In this document: positions 1 to 13,000 of the stretch, in pieces
Numbering within the stretch: position 1 is the stretch's first letter
How the letters are laid out: each line of letters starts with the position of its first letter
Notes under the pieces: model-generated
Seen by the model: the letters and a program-made list of their open reading frames with translations, nothing else
Databases searched by the model: none
Told to the model about the DNA's origin: nothing
Translations under genes and position numbers: made by a program
Assembly (NCBI GenBank): GCA_038087875.1
Contig: CM075979.1
Location: forward strand, 45,384,001-45,448,000
Reading direction: 5' to 3'
Length of the DNA: 64,000 nucleotides
Source: Malacoraja senta
Lineage: Eukaryota

Positions 1-9
1 ATTAGGAGT

Positions 10-266
10 GGCACAATGGAGCAGTGGATGTGTTGTTGCCTTAGAGCACGAGAGACCCGGGATCGATTCTGACTATGGACGCTGTCTGTATGGAGTTTGT
101 ACGTTCTCACCGTGACCACGTGGGTTTTCTCCGGCTGCTCCGGTTTGCTCCCGCACTCCATAGACGTACAGGTTTGTAGGTTAATTGGCTTTGGTACAAA
201 TTGTCCCTGATGTGTGGGATAGTGCTATGTATGGGGATCACTGGTCGGCACGGACTGGGGAAGCCT
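10..266 (+). mobile_element. tRNA-derived V-SINE (HE1-like); paralog of 7277-7540
   Basis: A-box-like GGCACAATGGAGCAGTGG, B-box-like GGATCGATTCT, central V-domain-like TGGAGTTTGTACGTTCTC. Confidence 0.75.
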
Positions 267-796
267 GGAATACAAGAGATATTGTGGTTCCGTCCGGAGA
301 AAAGGAGGAATGGACCAAGAAGAAGAGCTGTGATCACGTGAATCCCTGGAGGAGCATCGGGATGTAGGAGTTACTTCGGAAGGAAATTGGAACGACTAAG
401 AGAAGGCATGAGATCACTTTGGCTGAGAAGATTAAGGAGAATGCACCGAATTTGTATGAGTATATGAAGGGGAATAGAGAATTGGATTAGTGTAGGATGC
501 AGAATTGGCATGAAGTTCATACATTTTTGGAGCAGAATTAGGCCATTCAGCCCATCAGAAGCAGAGGGTGACAGTGAAAGATACAAGGAACTGTAGATGC
601 TGGTTTACAAAAACATGGACACAAAGTGTTGGAGTAAGTGGTTCAAGTAGCATCTGTGGAAAACATGGATAGGTAATCTTTTGGGGTGGGACCTTTTGTG
701 GACTAGAGACCCTGTCTAGTGGTGTGCCTCCCATTGCTGTTTGTTATCTATATCAATGATTTAGATGATAATGTACAAGGCACTATTAGATATTAC

Positions 797-1054
797 CTGA
801 GGTAACTTTGAGTACTGTAGTACGCACTTCAGACCAAGTGGCGTCTGGAGTGTTTGATTTGTGTTCAATATTGATCTGAGCAGCATCGTCCGTGGATAAA
901 TTAGGCTGCACCTTAATACAGCAGTGAATGTGTGAAAGACCCATATGGGTAAGTTGTAATTCAGCCTGATCTGCAGAGAAGGATTTATCTTGATTGCATG
1001 AATTCAGTTTAGTTAGAGGTTGTGTCACCCTTTTTGGTCCCTGCAATTGTTCTA
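797..1054 (-). CDS. 5'-truncated third copy of the Ig-like tail exon (possible in-frame 258-bp exon)
   Basis: Matches 8063-8343 up to about position 1078, then diverges. Donor CAG/GTAAT intact at 797/796. Phase-1 acceptor TGTCAG/TA at 1055/1054 after a long pyrimidine tract. Confidence 0.45.
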
Positions 1055-4000
1055 CTGACAACTGCCAGTGAAATAATTTGCAGGTGGAAAAAAAGATTTT
1101 AAAGGGCAGAGCACACAAAGAGAAAGAACTGAATTTGAATATGTGGAGTTGCACACAGATAATGTGCCATCTTTGTGAATTTACCTGATAGTTTATAAAA
1201 TTCTAAGCGCCATAGATAGGGTAGACAGTCAGAACCTTTTTCCCAGGATACGAGATACAAATACTAGAGGGCACAGCTTTAAGATAAGAGGGGCAACGTT
1301 TAAAGGAGATATCCAGATGCACAAAATATTTTGCTCAGAGTAGGTGGAACGAGGACCAGGTTTAAGGTGAAGGGGAAAAGATTTAATTGGCATCTGAGGT
1401 GTAACTTTTTCACACAAAGAGAGGTAGGTGCATGGAACAAGCTGCCAGAGGAGGTAGTTCAGGCAGGGACTATCCCAACATTTATGAAATAGTTAGGCTG
1501 GTAAATGGATAGGACTTGTTTGGAGGATTATGGAACAAACGCGGGCAGCTGGAACAAGTGTAGCTGGGACATGTTGGCTGGTGTGGGCAGGTTGGGTAAT
1601 AGGGCCTGTTTTCCACACTGTATCTATGACTCTGTGACTATGACTATGTGCTGCGCAGATTTTATACACAGAGGGTGGTGGGTGACTGGGACTCGCTGCC
1701 AGGGGTGTTGGTGGAGGCAGATACGATAGTGACGTTTTAGAGTCTTTTGGATAGACACACGGATATGCTGGGAATTTAGGGATATGGGTTATGTGCAGGT
1801 AGATAAGTGATGGTCTTGGCATCATGTTCAGCACAGACATTGTGGGTTGAAGGGCCTGTTCCTGTGCTGTACTGTTCTATGTTCTATGTTGCAACAAAAG
1901 CATTACCTTCCTGTTTTACTGCACTTGGATTTTCCAGATCCCTAGCTTGATTTTCATCCTCATCGGGACTTCCTGTTGTGACATCTGAATCCGGCGCTGT
2001 ATTAAAATACAAGAAGGAGTCTCACATGTAATAATGCCAACACTGCCTGAGATAAGGTATCCCAACACATTCCGAGAAGCTGGATCACAGGACTCGAACT
2101 TTTGTAGTTTCCCACCAATATTTTAAGAGCACAAAAGAGAAGCCTTAACCTGACTAAAGATCTGCATGTTGCCGCTGCAAAAGTTACGTACAATTGTTAT
2201 TTAGATAAATACATCACTCTAAACATCAAATTTCCTCTGATCCCGTCCCTGCTGTAAGCCAAATGTTTAATAGACTTCAGAATGAACATTTCTGGGATAT
2301 TTACACTGGACAAAATGTCTCTCTGTCAACCCAGGGAATATAATTTGAAAAAATTCGGCAGGTGCACTTAGAGTCATAGAGTCATAGAGTGGTACAGCGT
2401 GGAAACAGGCCCTTCGGCCCAACTTGCCCATGTCGACCAACATGTCCCAGCTACGCTAGTCCCAGTTGCCCAGATTTGGTCCATATCTGTTTTGATATAT
2501 GTCTGCTTACAAAATAAGTAAACTAGCACATAATATACAGAGAAAGATGGCTGCACACGCACTCGTGTTGGGATCAAAAACAGGTATGATTTATTTCCAA
2601 GTCAAAGGTCACAGACTAATTTACTGAGCATGTGCGAGAATGAGTACAGCTCATACGCATAAATTACATGGATATTGTCACATCTTTTCCTTTTTGACAT
2701 TTTGGGATTACATTTCCAACGATCCAAAACAAAGCAAACAAACACTTTTCATAAAATTACACCGTAGTAATATGGTTTAACTTAACAAAATAAAACAACT
2801 GTTCTGTCTTATTTCACAATTTCAATCATAGTCACACTTGTGACATTTCAATAACATAAAATAATGTTCACATGCTTTCTTCTCATAAGCTTGTAGGTAC
2901 ATCGCAACAAAACACATGACTTCATGACATACTCGCCGTACCTCTCCGGCAGTCTGGACATCTCTTCCTGCCCATGTCTTTGTGATGGTGTTTTTTTCAA
3001 AAGTGTCTTCTTTTCAGTCTGTACATTCTGTGCATCACTTCTAGTTTCTTCTCTTGTGTCACTTTGTTTTCGTTTAGATTTCTCTGTGTTATGAGTTTCA
3101 CGATTTGCATCTTTTTCTGGTGATGCATGTTGTGTTGGTATTTTCTGTGTCAGCTGAGGTTGCAATGGTTTCACAGTCTTCTCTGTGTCTGGTGGTTTCT
3201 CTGGAGTTATGTGTGGGGGTAGTTCTCCGGTCTTCTTCAGATCCACTCGATTATGTCGGATTAGAAGTCCTGACTGTCTCGACTTCGTATGATCTCTCAT
3301 CCAGTCGTGTCTGAACTGTTGCTCTCTGCCATCTCCTAGTTTATAGGATCTGAATCTTACGACATCACCTTCTTCCAGGATTGGCAGATCCTTGGCATGT
3401 TGGTTGTCGATGTTTGACATGTTTGAGGAGGTTTGATGTAGGAAGAGTCGTTCTTGTTCTCCTTCCATGTAATCTAAGTTCAATACTACTGTTCACTCCT
3501 TGCGCAGGGGTGTTGCGTAATTCCAGTATTGCCAAGTAAACATCTGTCTTGGAGCGTGTGGTTTTCTTCAATACTCGCTTAGCTGCCTTGACTGCCAATT
3601 CCACCTTACCGTTAGCTTGGTTATGTAGTGGTCAAATTCCCATTTCCTGGCAAATTTGGCAAACTCCTCTGATGAGAACTGTATCCCGTTGTCACTTACC
3701 ACAGTGCTGGGAATTCCGTATCTTGCAAAGTGGTTCTTGAGTTTCACAATGATTGTCCTGCTGCTCAGGCCATACAGTCTGTCTATTTCCCAGAAGATAG
3801 ATGGTCAACTGTGACTAAATATTGTTTTCCGTCAAGTTCAAACATATCGGTTCCCACTTTCTCCCATGGTCGATCAGGGAGGTCATGGGGCATCAGAGTT
3901 TCTTTCTGATTCTGTTGTTCGTACGTCCTGCAGGCTTCACAGTTTGAAATGAACTGCTTCACATCAGAGTTCATTCCGGGCCAGAAAATGCATTCTACAG

Positions 4001-7000
4001 CACGACTGGGGGTTCCTGCCACTCCTAGGTGAGAGGTGTGGAGTGTCTCCTTCATATCTTTGCATAGAGTGACAGGGATTACAACTCTCCCTCCTCTGAA
4101 TAATAGGCCGTCTTGCACACTCAACTCGTCTCTGACATTGAAGTACGGTTGTGCTACCTCTGGGACTTCTGCCTTGTGATCTGGCCATCCATTTTGGATT
4201 ACTCTCTTAACTGTTTGTAGTGTTTTGTCTTCCCTGGTGTGGGCTTGGATGCGTTTGACCTTGTCATCTCCCATGCTCAAGGACTCAACTACGTTGACAT
4301 CAGTGAATCTGTTTGACCCTGTGGTGTCAGGGAGGTATGCTCGGGAGAGCATATCTGCTAGATGCATGTCTTTTCCCTTTACCCATTTGATCTCGATATC
4401 CTAGTGTAGCATCCTCATCATCATGCTCAAGACATCTTGGTGCTCTAGGCAGAGGCTTTTTGACAATGACTTCCAACGGCTTGTGGTCACTCTCCACGAT
4501 CACTCACTGTCCGTAGGTTTATTGATGAAAGCGCTCGAGGGCAAACACTATTGCTAGTGCCTCCTTCTCAATCTGAGCATATCTCTGCTCGGTTGGTGTC
4601 AATGCTCGACTCACATAGAACAGTGGTTGTCCTTTCTGCATAAGTGTTGCACCTAGACCTGCCTTGCTTGCATCACATTGTATGGTCAGCTGTTCGTCTG
4701 GTGTGTAGTACGCCAGGATAGGTGCCGTTGTCAACAGCTCCTTGATCTTTGACATTGCCATGTCATGTTCTGATGACCATTCCCACTCTGCTTCCTTGTG
4801 GGTCAATCTCATCAAAGGCTCGAATGTGTGCAACAACATTGGCAGGAATCTTGCCAAGTAGTTTACACTGCCTTGAATCGTTCCAACTTGTGTATTGTCG
4901 GCTCTTCGCCGATGACATGCATTCTTGCCGCTGTTACCTCCGAGGATCTACATATGCCACAGTCCCCTGCAGTGTCAGATTCCTCTTCTGAAGGAGTGTC
5001 TTCCTAGTTGACTGGTCCTCAATACCAATGACGATGCGATCTCGAATGAGGCTTTCTCTCAGGCAATCACAGAAGTTGCATGTTTTAGCAAACTCCTTCA
5101 GCTCTGCAACATACGATTCAACGCGTTCCCCTGGTTTCTGGTCTCGTTTATTGAGAATGAATCTTTCATATGTTTCATTCGTCTCTCCTATGATGATGAT
5201 GGACATCTTGTCGATGATGACTTTCACATCCGTCTCATCTGCTACCGTTTCGAATGTCAGGGTATTGAAGATTCGCACGCCTTCCGGTCCAACAGAATGC
5301 AGGAATACTGCTTTTTGATACGGTTTCTCTTTCTTATCCAGTTCTGTTATCACTGCATAATTTTTATACATATGTCTGCTTACAAAATAATTAAACTAGC
5401 ACATAATATACAGAGAAAGATGGCTGCACACACACTCGTGTTGGGATCAAAAACAGGTGTGATTTATTTCCAAGTCAAAGGTCACTGATTGACTTACTGA
5501 GCATGTGCAAGAATAAGTACAACTCTTACGCATAAATTACATGGATATTGTTACAATATCCCTCCAAACCTGTCCATGTACCTGTCAAACAGTTTCTTAA
5601 ATTTTTTGAAAGTCCCCGTCTTAACTACCTCCTCTGGCAGCTTGTTCCATACACCCACCACCCTCTGTGTAAAAAAGTTATCCCTCAGATCTTTTCCCTT
5701 TCACCTTAAACCTATGTCCTCTGGGTCTCGATTCACCTAATCTGGGCAAGAGACTCTGTGCATCTACCCGATCTATTCCTCTCATGATCCTATACACCTC
5801 TGTAAGATCACCCATCATCCTCCTGCACACCAAGGAATAGAGTCCCAGAGTACTCAACCTCTCCCTGTAGCTCACACCCTCTAGTGTTCCACACTATGAC
5901 TCTGTAACTATGACTATGTGGGGGGCAGGTTTTATACACAGAGGGTGGTGGGTGACTGGAACGTGCTGCCATGAGTGGTGGTGGAGGCAGATACGATAAT
6001 GGCATTCATGAGGCTTTAGGATAGATGCATGGATATGCTGGGAATAGAGGGATTATGGGTTATGTGTAGGTGGATAAGTGATGGTCTTGGCATCATGTTC
6101 AGGCCAGCATTATGGGCTGAAGGGCCTGTTCCTGTGCTGTACTTTTCTATGTTCTATATTTCAGCAAAAGCATTACGTTCCTGTTTTCCTGCACTTTGAT
6201 TTTCCAGATTCTCTTTTTCCATTTTACCCTCATCGGTACTTCCTGTTGCGACATCTGAATCTGCCGCTGTACAATACAATACAATACAATTCAATACGGT
6301 TTTATTCGTCACATTGCACATAAAGTGCAAGTGACATGAATTTGCCAGCAGCGGTACAATGATAAAGAACACACAATACACAATAAAAATTTAACACAAA
6401 CATCCACCACAGCATTCATCACTGTGGCGGAAGAAACAAAATTTGGCCAGTCCTCCTCCATTTCACCCCGTTGTCAGGACCTCAACCCTCCGCAGCCGTC
6501 GCTGCGGGCGCCAAATGTACAGACAGGTAAAAGTCCAGGCAAGTCCAGAGTCGGCTCTTCCCCACCGGAGACCGCAGCTTCAGGTTGCTGTAGGCCGCAG
6601 GCCGGCGGTCGAAGCTCCCCTCCTGGGGTGATGGTAAGTCCACGCCGGGCCCGCGTATTAAAACACAGCAAGGTGACAACAACTGAACTTGAATGCGTGT
6701 AGTCCCAAACAGAAAATTCCACATATTTGAGCATTGACCTGAATATTGTATATAATATTTGCAGGGATTAACTAAATATAAATCATGTACAATCTGCAGA
6801 CAATGGTTGGACATCAAATGCCACTGAAAGGCCAACAATACTCTGGATGCTTTGAGAAAAGCCTTACCTTCACTTGCTCCTGCATTTTGGGTATCCTGCC
6901 TCTCTATCTGTTGTTCACCTTCATCACAACTCCCCGTGGCAGCATCTGACTTGGACACTGCATTTAAACAAAAGAAAGTCTCTCAGATGTGATAATGGCA

Positions 7001-10000
7001 ACACAGCCTGAGACAAGGTATGTGAGAAGCTGGATCACACCGCGAGGAACTTTATTATTCTTCCCCACAGTGAAGTCTTCATCTGCCGAAGGATCTGTAT
7101 CTCATTCCTGCAGAAAATACCTTCAACTCTTCTTCATTATGAACCTCATTTGTCTTTAGACTTTAGAGACACAGCCCTGTGGCCCAACGAGTCCGCGCCG
7201 ACCAGTGATCACCCCGTACACTAACACTATCCTACACATTAATGACTATTTACAATTTTACCAAAAGCAAATTAGGAATGGCACAATGGAGCAGTGGATG
7301 AGTTGTTGCCTTACAGTCCCAGTGACCTGGGATCGATTCTGACTATGGACGCTGTCTGAATGGAGTTTGGACGTTCTCACCGTGACCGCGTGGGTTTTCT
7401 CCGGCTGCTCTGGTTTGGTCCCGCACTCCATAGACGTACAGGTTTGTTGGTTAATTGGCTTTGGTACAAATTGTCCCTGATGTGTGGGATAGTGCTATGT
7501 TTGGGGATCACTGGTCAGCACGGACTGGGGAAGCCTGGAATACAAGAGATATTGTGGTTCCGGCCGGAGAAAAGGAGGAATGGACCAGAAAGAAGAGCTG
7601 GGATCACGTGAATCCCTGGAGGAGCATCGGGATGTAGGAGTTACTTCGGAAGGAAATTGGAACGACAAAGAGAAGGCATGAGATCACTTTGGCTGAGAAG
7701 ATTAAGGAGAATGCAAAGAGTTTGTATAAGTATATGAAGGGGAATAGAGAATTGGATTAGTGTAGGATGCAGAATTGGCCTGAAGTTCATACGTTTTTGG
7801 AGCAGAATTAGGCCATTCAGCCCATCAGAAGCAGTGACAGTGAAAGATACAAGGAACTGTAGATGCTTGTTTACAAAAACATGGACACAAAGTGTTGGAG
7901 TAAGTGGGTCAAGTAGCATCTGTGGAAAACATGGATAGGTAATCTTTCGGGTTGGGATCTTTTTTGGACTAGAGACCCTGTCTAGTGGTGTGCCTCCCAT
8001 TGCTGTTTGTTATCTATATCAATGATTTAGGTGAGAATGTACAAGGCATTATTAGATATTACCTGAGGTAACTTTGAGGACTGTAGTACGCATTTCAGAC
8101 CAAGTGGCGTCTGGAGTGTTTGATTTGTGTTCAATATTGATCTGAGCAGCATCGTCCGTGGATAAATTAGGCTGCACCTTAATACAGCAGTGAATGTGTG
8201 AAAGACCCGGATGGGTAGTTTGTAATTCAGGCTGATCTGCAGAGAAGGATTTATCTTGATTGCATGAATTCAGTTTAGTTAGGGGTTGTGTCACCCTTTT
8301 TGGTCCCTGCAATTGTTCTGCTGACAACTGCCAGTGAAATAATGTAATTGTTTTCTGCTCTGTCCTCTTCAGTGATATAACAATATCCATTGGCACCAGA
8401 GTAGTCATGGTCACATCCCAGCTCACATCAGCAGTTTCACCATGTACAACTTCATACTGATTCTTCATATCACTAATTGCAGGAGCTGAAAGATAGACAC
8501 AAACAAAATTAAATGCAATGTAAAGGTAATGTTCCATTTTACTCCATTATTGTCCAACACATTATTCCTTGCATATAATTTACAAACTTCATTCATTTAA
8601 ACTTAGTTTAGTTTAGAGATACAGCACGGGAACAGTTCTTCGACCCACAGAGTCCATGTCCACCAGTAACCACTCCATACACTAGTCCTATCCTATACAC
8701 TGGGGGCATTTACAGAAGCCAGCACGTAACCCACTGAGTCCACAATGACCACCGATCACCCAGTAGTTTTGTGTTATCCCACTTTCTCATCGACTCCCTC
8801 CACACTAGGGGCAATTTCCAGAGGGCCAATTAACTGACAAACCCACACGTCTTAGGGATGTGTGAGGAAAACCATAGAAAACGATGTCAAGGTTTATGGG
8901 GAGGAAGCAAGTGATTGGGGTTGAGAGGGAAAGATAGATTAGCATGATTGAATGGCAGAGTAGACTTGAAGGGCCAAATGTGTAGTGTATGTAGGTAGAC
9001 AAATCTCCAGGGCCTGATCAGATATATCCGCGGACATTGTGGGAAACCAGAGAGGAAATTGTGGGAGCCCTGGTTGAAATTTACGAGTCTTCTTTAAATA
9101 CAGGAGAGGTGCCGGAAGACTGGAGGGTGCCTCTATTCAAGAAGGGCTGCAGGGAAAATGCTGGGATCTATAGGGCAGTGAGCTTAACATCTGTAGTTGG
9201 AAAGTTACTAGATAGTATTCTGAGGGATAGGATACACAGACATTTAGACGGACAAGGGCTGATTTGGGATAGTCAGCATGGTTTGTACGTGGGAGATTGT
9301 GTCTCAGAAATCTGATTGAGTTTTTTGAAGACGTGACCAAAAAGGTCGATGAGGGTAGAGCAGTAGATGTTTCATATATGAACTTCAGTGAAGCATTCGA
9401 CAAGGTTCCGCATAGTAGGCTGCTCTGGAAGGTTAGATCGCATGGGACCCAAGGAGAGATAGCTGAATGGATAGAAAATTGGCTTAATGGAAGGAAGCAT
9501 AGGGTGATGGTGGAAGGTTGCTTCTCAGATTGGAGGCCTGTGACTAGTGGTGTGCCTCAGGGTTCGGTGCTGGACCCGTTACTGTTTGTCATCTATGTTA
9601 ATGGTTTGGATAAGAACACACATGGCAAGATTAGCAAGTTTGATGATGATACAAAAGTGGGGGGTTTTGCAGATAGTGGATATGGTTGTGAAAAATTGCA
9701 GCAGGATCTTGATCAATTGTCCAGGTGAGCTGAGGAAGGGTTGATGGAATTTAATACAAAGAATTGTGAGAGTTACATTTTGTGAAGTCTAACGTTTGGG
9801 AGGATCTACACAGTGAATGGTAGGGCTCTAGGAAGTGTTGTAGAGCAGAGAGATCTAGGGGTGCAGGTGCATGGTTCCCTGAAGGTGGTCACAGGTAGAT
9901 AGGGTGGTCAAAATGGTGTTTGGCACATTGGCCTTCTTAAGACAGAGTATTGAGTATAGAATTTGGGAGGTCATGTTGCAGTTGTAGAAGATGTTGGTGA

Positions 10001-13000
10001 GGCCATATTTTGAGAAATGTGTTCAGTTCTGGGCACCATGTTATAGGAAATATGTTGTCAAGCTGGAAAGGGTACAGAGAAGATTTACAAGGATGTTGCC
10101 AGGGATAGATGGTCTGAGCTATAGGGGGAGGTTAAGTAGGCTGAGACTTTATTCCTTGGAGTGCAGGAGGATGAGGAGTGATCGTATTGAAGTGTACAAA
10201 ATCATGAGAGGAATAGATCTGTTGTAACTTTTTCACACAAAGGATTCTGGTTTATGGAACAAGCTGCCAGAGGAGGTAGTTGAGGCAGGGACTATCCCAA
10301 CATTTAAAAAACAGTTAGACAGGTACGAGGATAGGACAGGTATGGTGGGATATGGAACAAACGCGGGCAGGTGCGACTGGTGTAGCTGGGACATGTTCGC
10401 CCATGTGGACAAGTTGGGCCGAAGGTCCTGCTTCCACACTGTATCACTCTGTGACTCAATGACTCTGCAGTAAAATCACGTGGTTTACGTTCAGGTTTAT
10501 TAATGTCACATGTACTAAGATACAGTGAAAAGCTTTGTTTTGCAGGCAACCTACCAGGTCAGATGTACACAGACACAACATGCTGGAGACACAACATGCT
10601 GGAGCAACATGCTGGAGTACAAGGCATTATTAGATATTACCTGAGGCCACTTCCGGTTGCGACATGCTCTGCTAGCAGTCGCAAACTTTTTAGCTCCGCT
10701 GAAAAAATCGCGATTTTTCGCGTTAAAATCGGGTCTGGAGGTCGGGACCGTTTTTAAAAACTTACCGGAGCTTCATGTCGCGGTGCTGATGACGTCATCA
10801 GTAAGCGCCGCGATTTTAACGGAGGGAAAGTCATTTTAAATGAAAAGTACATCTCCAGGTCAGAGCCCACAGAGGAAAATCTCAAAACATCTGCTGAAGA
10901 CTCTGGAACAGCAAGAAACTTCAGAACTGACCTCTGGAGAGGTCTCTGGAATGGCTACTCGATCTGCAAAAGAGAAAACCGAAATGGAGGACTTAAGAAA
11001 CTCGGTAAGAGATATCAAAAATGATATGGAAGCTGGGAACAGTAAATTGATAGCCGGTAATGATAAAATACTTGAGGGTATTGAGGCTCTCCAAAAAAGA
11101 ATTGAAGGTGTGGAAAAAGGACTATCGATAAAAATTGAAAAGGTGGCAGAAGAGACCACAAAGATGTTTGAGGCTGTGCACGAAACTGTGGCTGCAAATG
11201 CATCTGCAGTGAATGATTTGGAAGCTGCTGTGGAAGTGATGGCTGGAGAGATGCAGACTATGAAGTCAGAAATAGATAGTCTCAAGAACCAAGTCACAAA
11301 GGTTTCGAATAAATGTGTTGACCTAGAAGCTCGCTCAAGACGTCAAAATATAAGAATACGGGGTGTAAAAGAGGGAGCCGAGGGGGACAATGTTTGTGAG
11401 TTCGCTGCCAACCTAATTAAACACGTACTGAAGCTACCAGAAGCACCTGTAATTGAAGTAGCACATCGACTCCCCAGATTTAAATCAAGATCTCAAGGAG
11501 AACGTGCCTACCCACGACAGATCATAATTAAACTTCGGGATATCTCAACAATGGAAGCGCTGATGAAAAAAATCAACCACGGAGAGAAGATGATGTACAG
11601 AGGTGATACTATTAAACTCCTACGGGACTACCCTTATGAGATTGAGCAAAAGAGAAGAAAGTTCTCACAGACCAGAGAAGTTCTTTATGGTGTTAAGGGA
11701 GTTTTGTGTGGAGTGTTTTATCCGGCTAGAATGCGTATCACCTTTGAGGGAGTGTCAAAAACATTCACTAATTCGGATGAATCTCTCAAATACGCTCAAG
11801 AAATCGCGACTAAGGCTGCATCAACTGGAGACTGAAAACCAAGACGACATGAACAAACGAACTTGCTTATTCTTCCAACAAGAATATCACAAGGAAAGTG
11901 AATTAACTGAACACTGATTTTTTATTTTTTATTTGACTTCAAGCAACAGATTCTTAGTGAGACGTGGCTAGACATTATTATCTTCGCTGGAACATTGTGC
12001 TATGTAATTCAAGGACACTACGTGCTCAAACGAGGAAAACCTGATAACGGGACGAACTGCTGGGCTGAGAGTGAAAAACATCACATGGCTTATATTGTTT
12101 ATAAAAAAATGAAAAAACTGAGAACTAATAATAATTAACAATTAACAATACTAATATAGAAATAGCAATTGAAATAGATAAAAAATGTGCAGTCTGCTCT
12201 GTTTAGCAGATAACAGCAAGTGCTATGCAGCTCGAGAGTGGAGGGAGGGGGAGACCGGGTACCTGGCATAACTCCAGGAGCCAGACTCCCGTTAACCCTT
12301 CCAGCGAACAGCTCATTTTTAACAATATTAAAATCAATTTAAAATAGTTAAGAGATAATATACACTCGAGGTTGATATGAAAAATATATACGGCTTATAT
12401 AGTTTTACAAAATGCTGAGAATTAATCATAATTAATAATTAACAATACTAATATAGAAATAATATTTGAAACTGATAAAACTGTGGTGCCTGCGTCATAA
12501 CGCAGACAGCAGTTATCACCTATGTTCGCAGCTCGTGGAGAGGAGAGGAGATCAGGCACCTGGCACAATTCCAGGAACCTGACTCCGGTTAATCCACTCA
12601 GTAAACCGCTCACTTTAACAATACTAAATTCATTTTAAAATAGTTAAGAGATAAAGAGTGAGTAGGATATGGAATCGAATACATTTGACATATATATAAA
12701 TTGTAACTGGGTGAAATAGAACTGAATTGGAAACGGTAATGACCCCATAGATTTTGGGTAATAAATACAGCGGGGCTAACTTTATACCAACTACGCCGGA
12801 AGCGTTATGGATGTCGTACCCCACAGACGAGTGGGCCACTCACTACGGTGTTGAAATTTTAGACACCGTAAATTTATTTGATTTATATATATTTTTTTTA
12901 ATCACAATATGTCACATCTGTGTGTTTTTTCTTCAAGGACAATCGCGCAGGAGAACTACCAAGGAAGTCTATAATAGAAATACTCCCAAAATAACCAGAG

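Larger units (their letters stand above)
2488..5555 (-). mobile_element. Internally deleted Ty3/Gypsy LTR retrotransposon
   Basis: TG...CA termini, 5-bp TSD ATATC (2483-2487, 5556-5560), about 190-bp LTRs, polypurine tract next to the 3' LTR, gag/RNase H/integrase remnants; inserted in a CR1 3' fragment. Confidence 0.9.
8039..10588. repeat. First copy of a about 2.55-kb tandem segmental duplication
   Basis: From 8054 onward virtually identical to 17254-19790 at a constant offset of 9200; ORF track is duplicated exactly. Confidence 0.95.

Noticed and set aside
10-266. tRNA-like A/B boxes here and in many other copies
   Set aside because: They are SINE heads followed by V-domain and LINE-type tails; no complete cloverleaf seen
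2002-2193. Hydrophobic 63-aa ORF with a good upstream acceptor, possible second TM exon
   Set aside because: Ends in a stop without a donor, and the paralogous intron segments (6960-7130, 28540-28945) do not preserve the frame
10632-10646. TSD resembles the U1 snRNA 5' end, suggesting a snRNA-targeting element
   Set aside because: Any splice donor is complementary to U1; the second L1 fragment here has an unrelated TSD (GAAAGGATACAA); one site cannot show specificity
10860-11297. 145-aa antisense ORF in L1 ORF1 (likewise 5028-5318, 32607-33068, 63128-63547)
   Set aside because: Shadow frames opposite real coding sequence with no independent motifs
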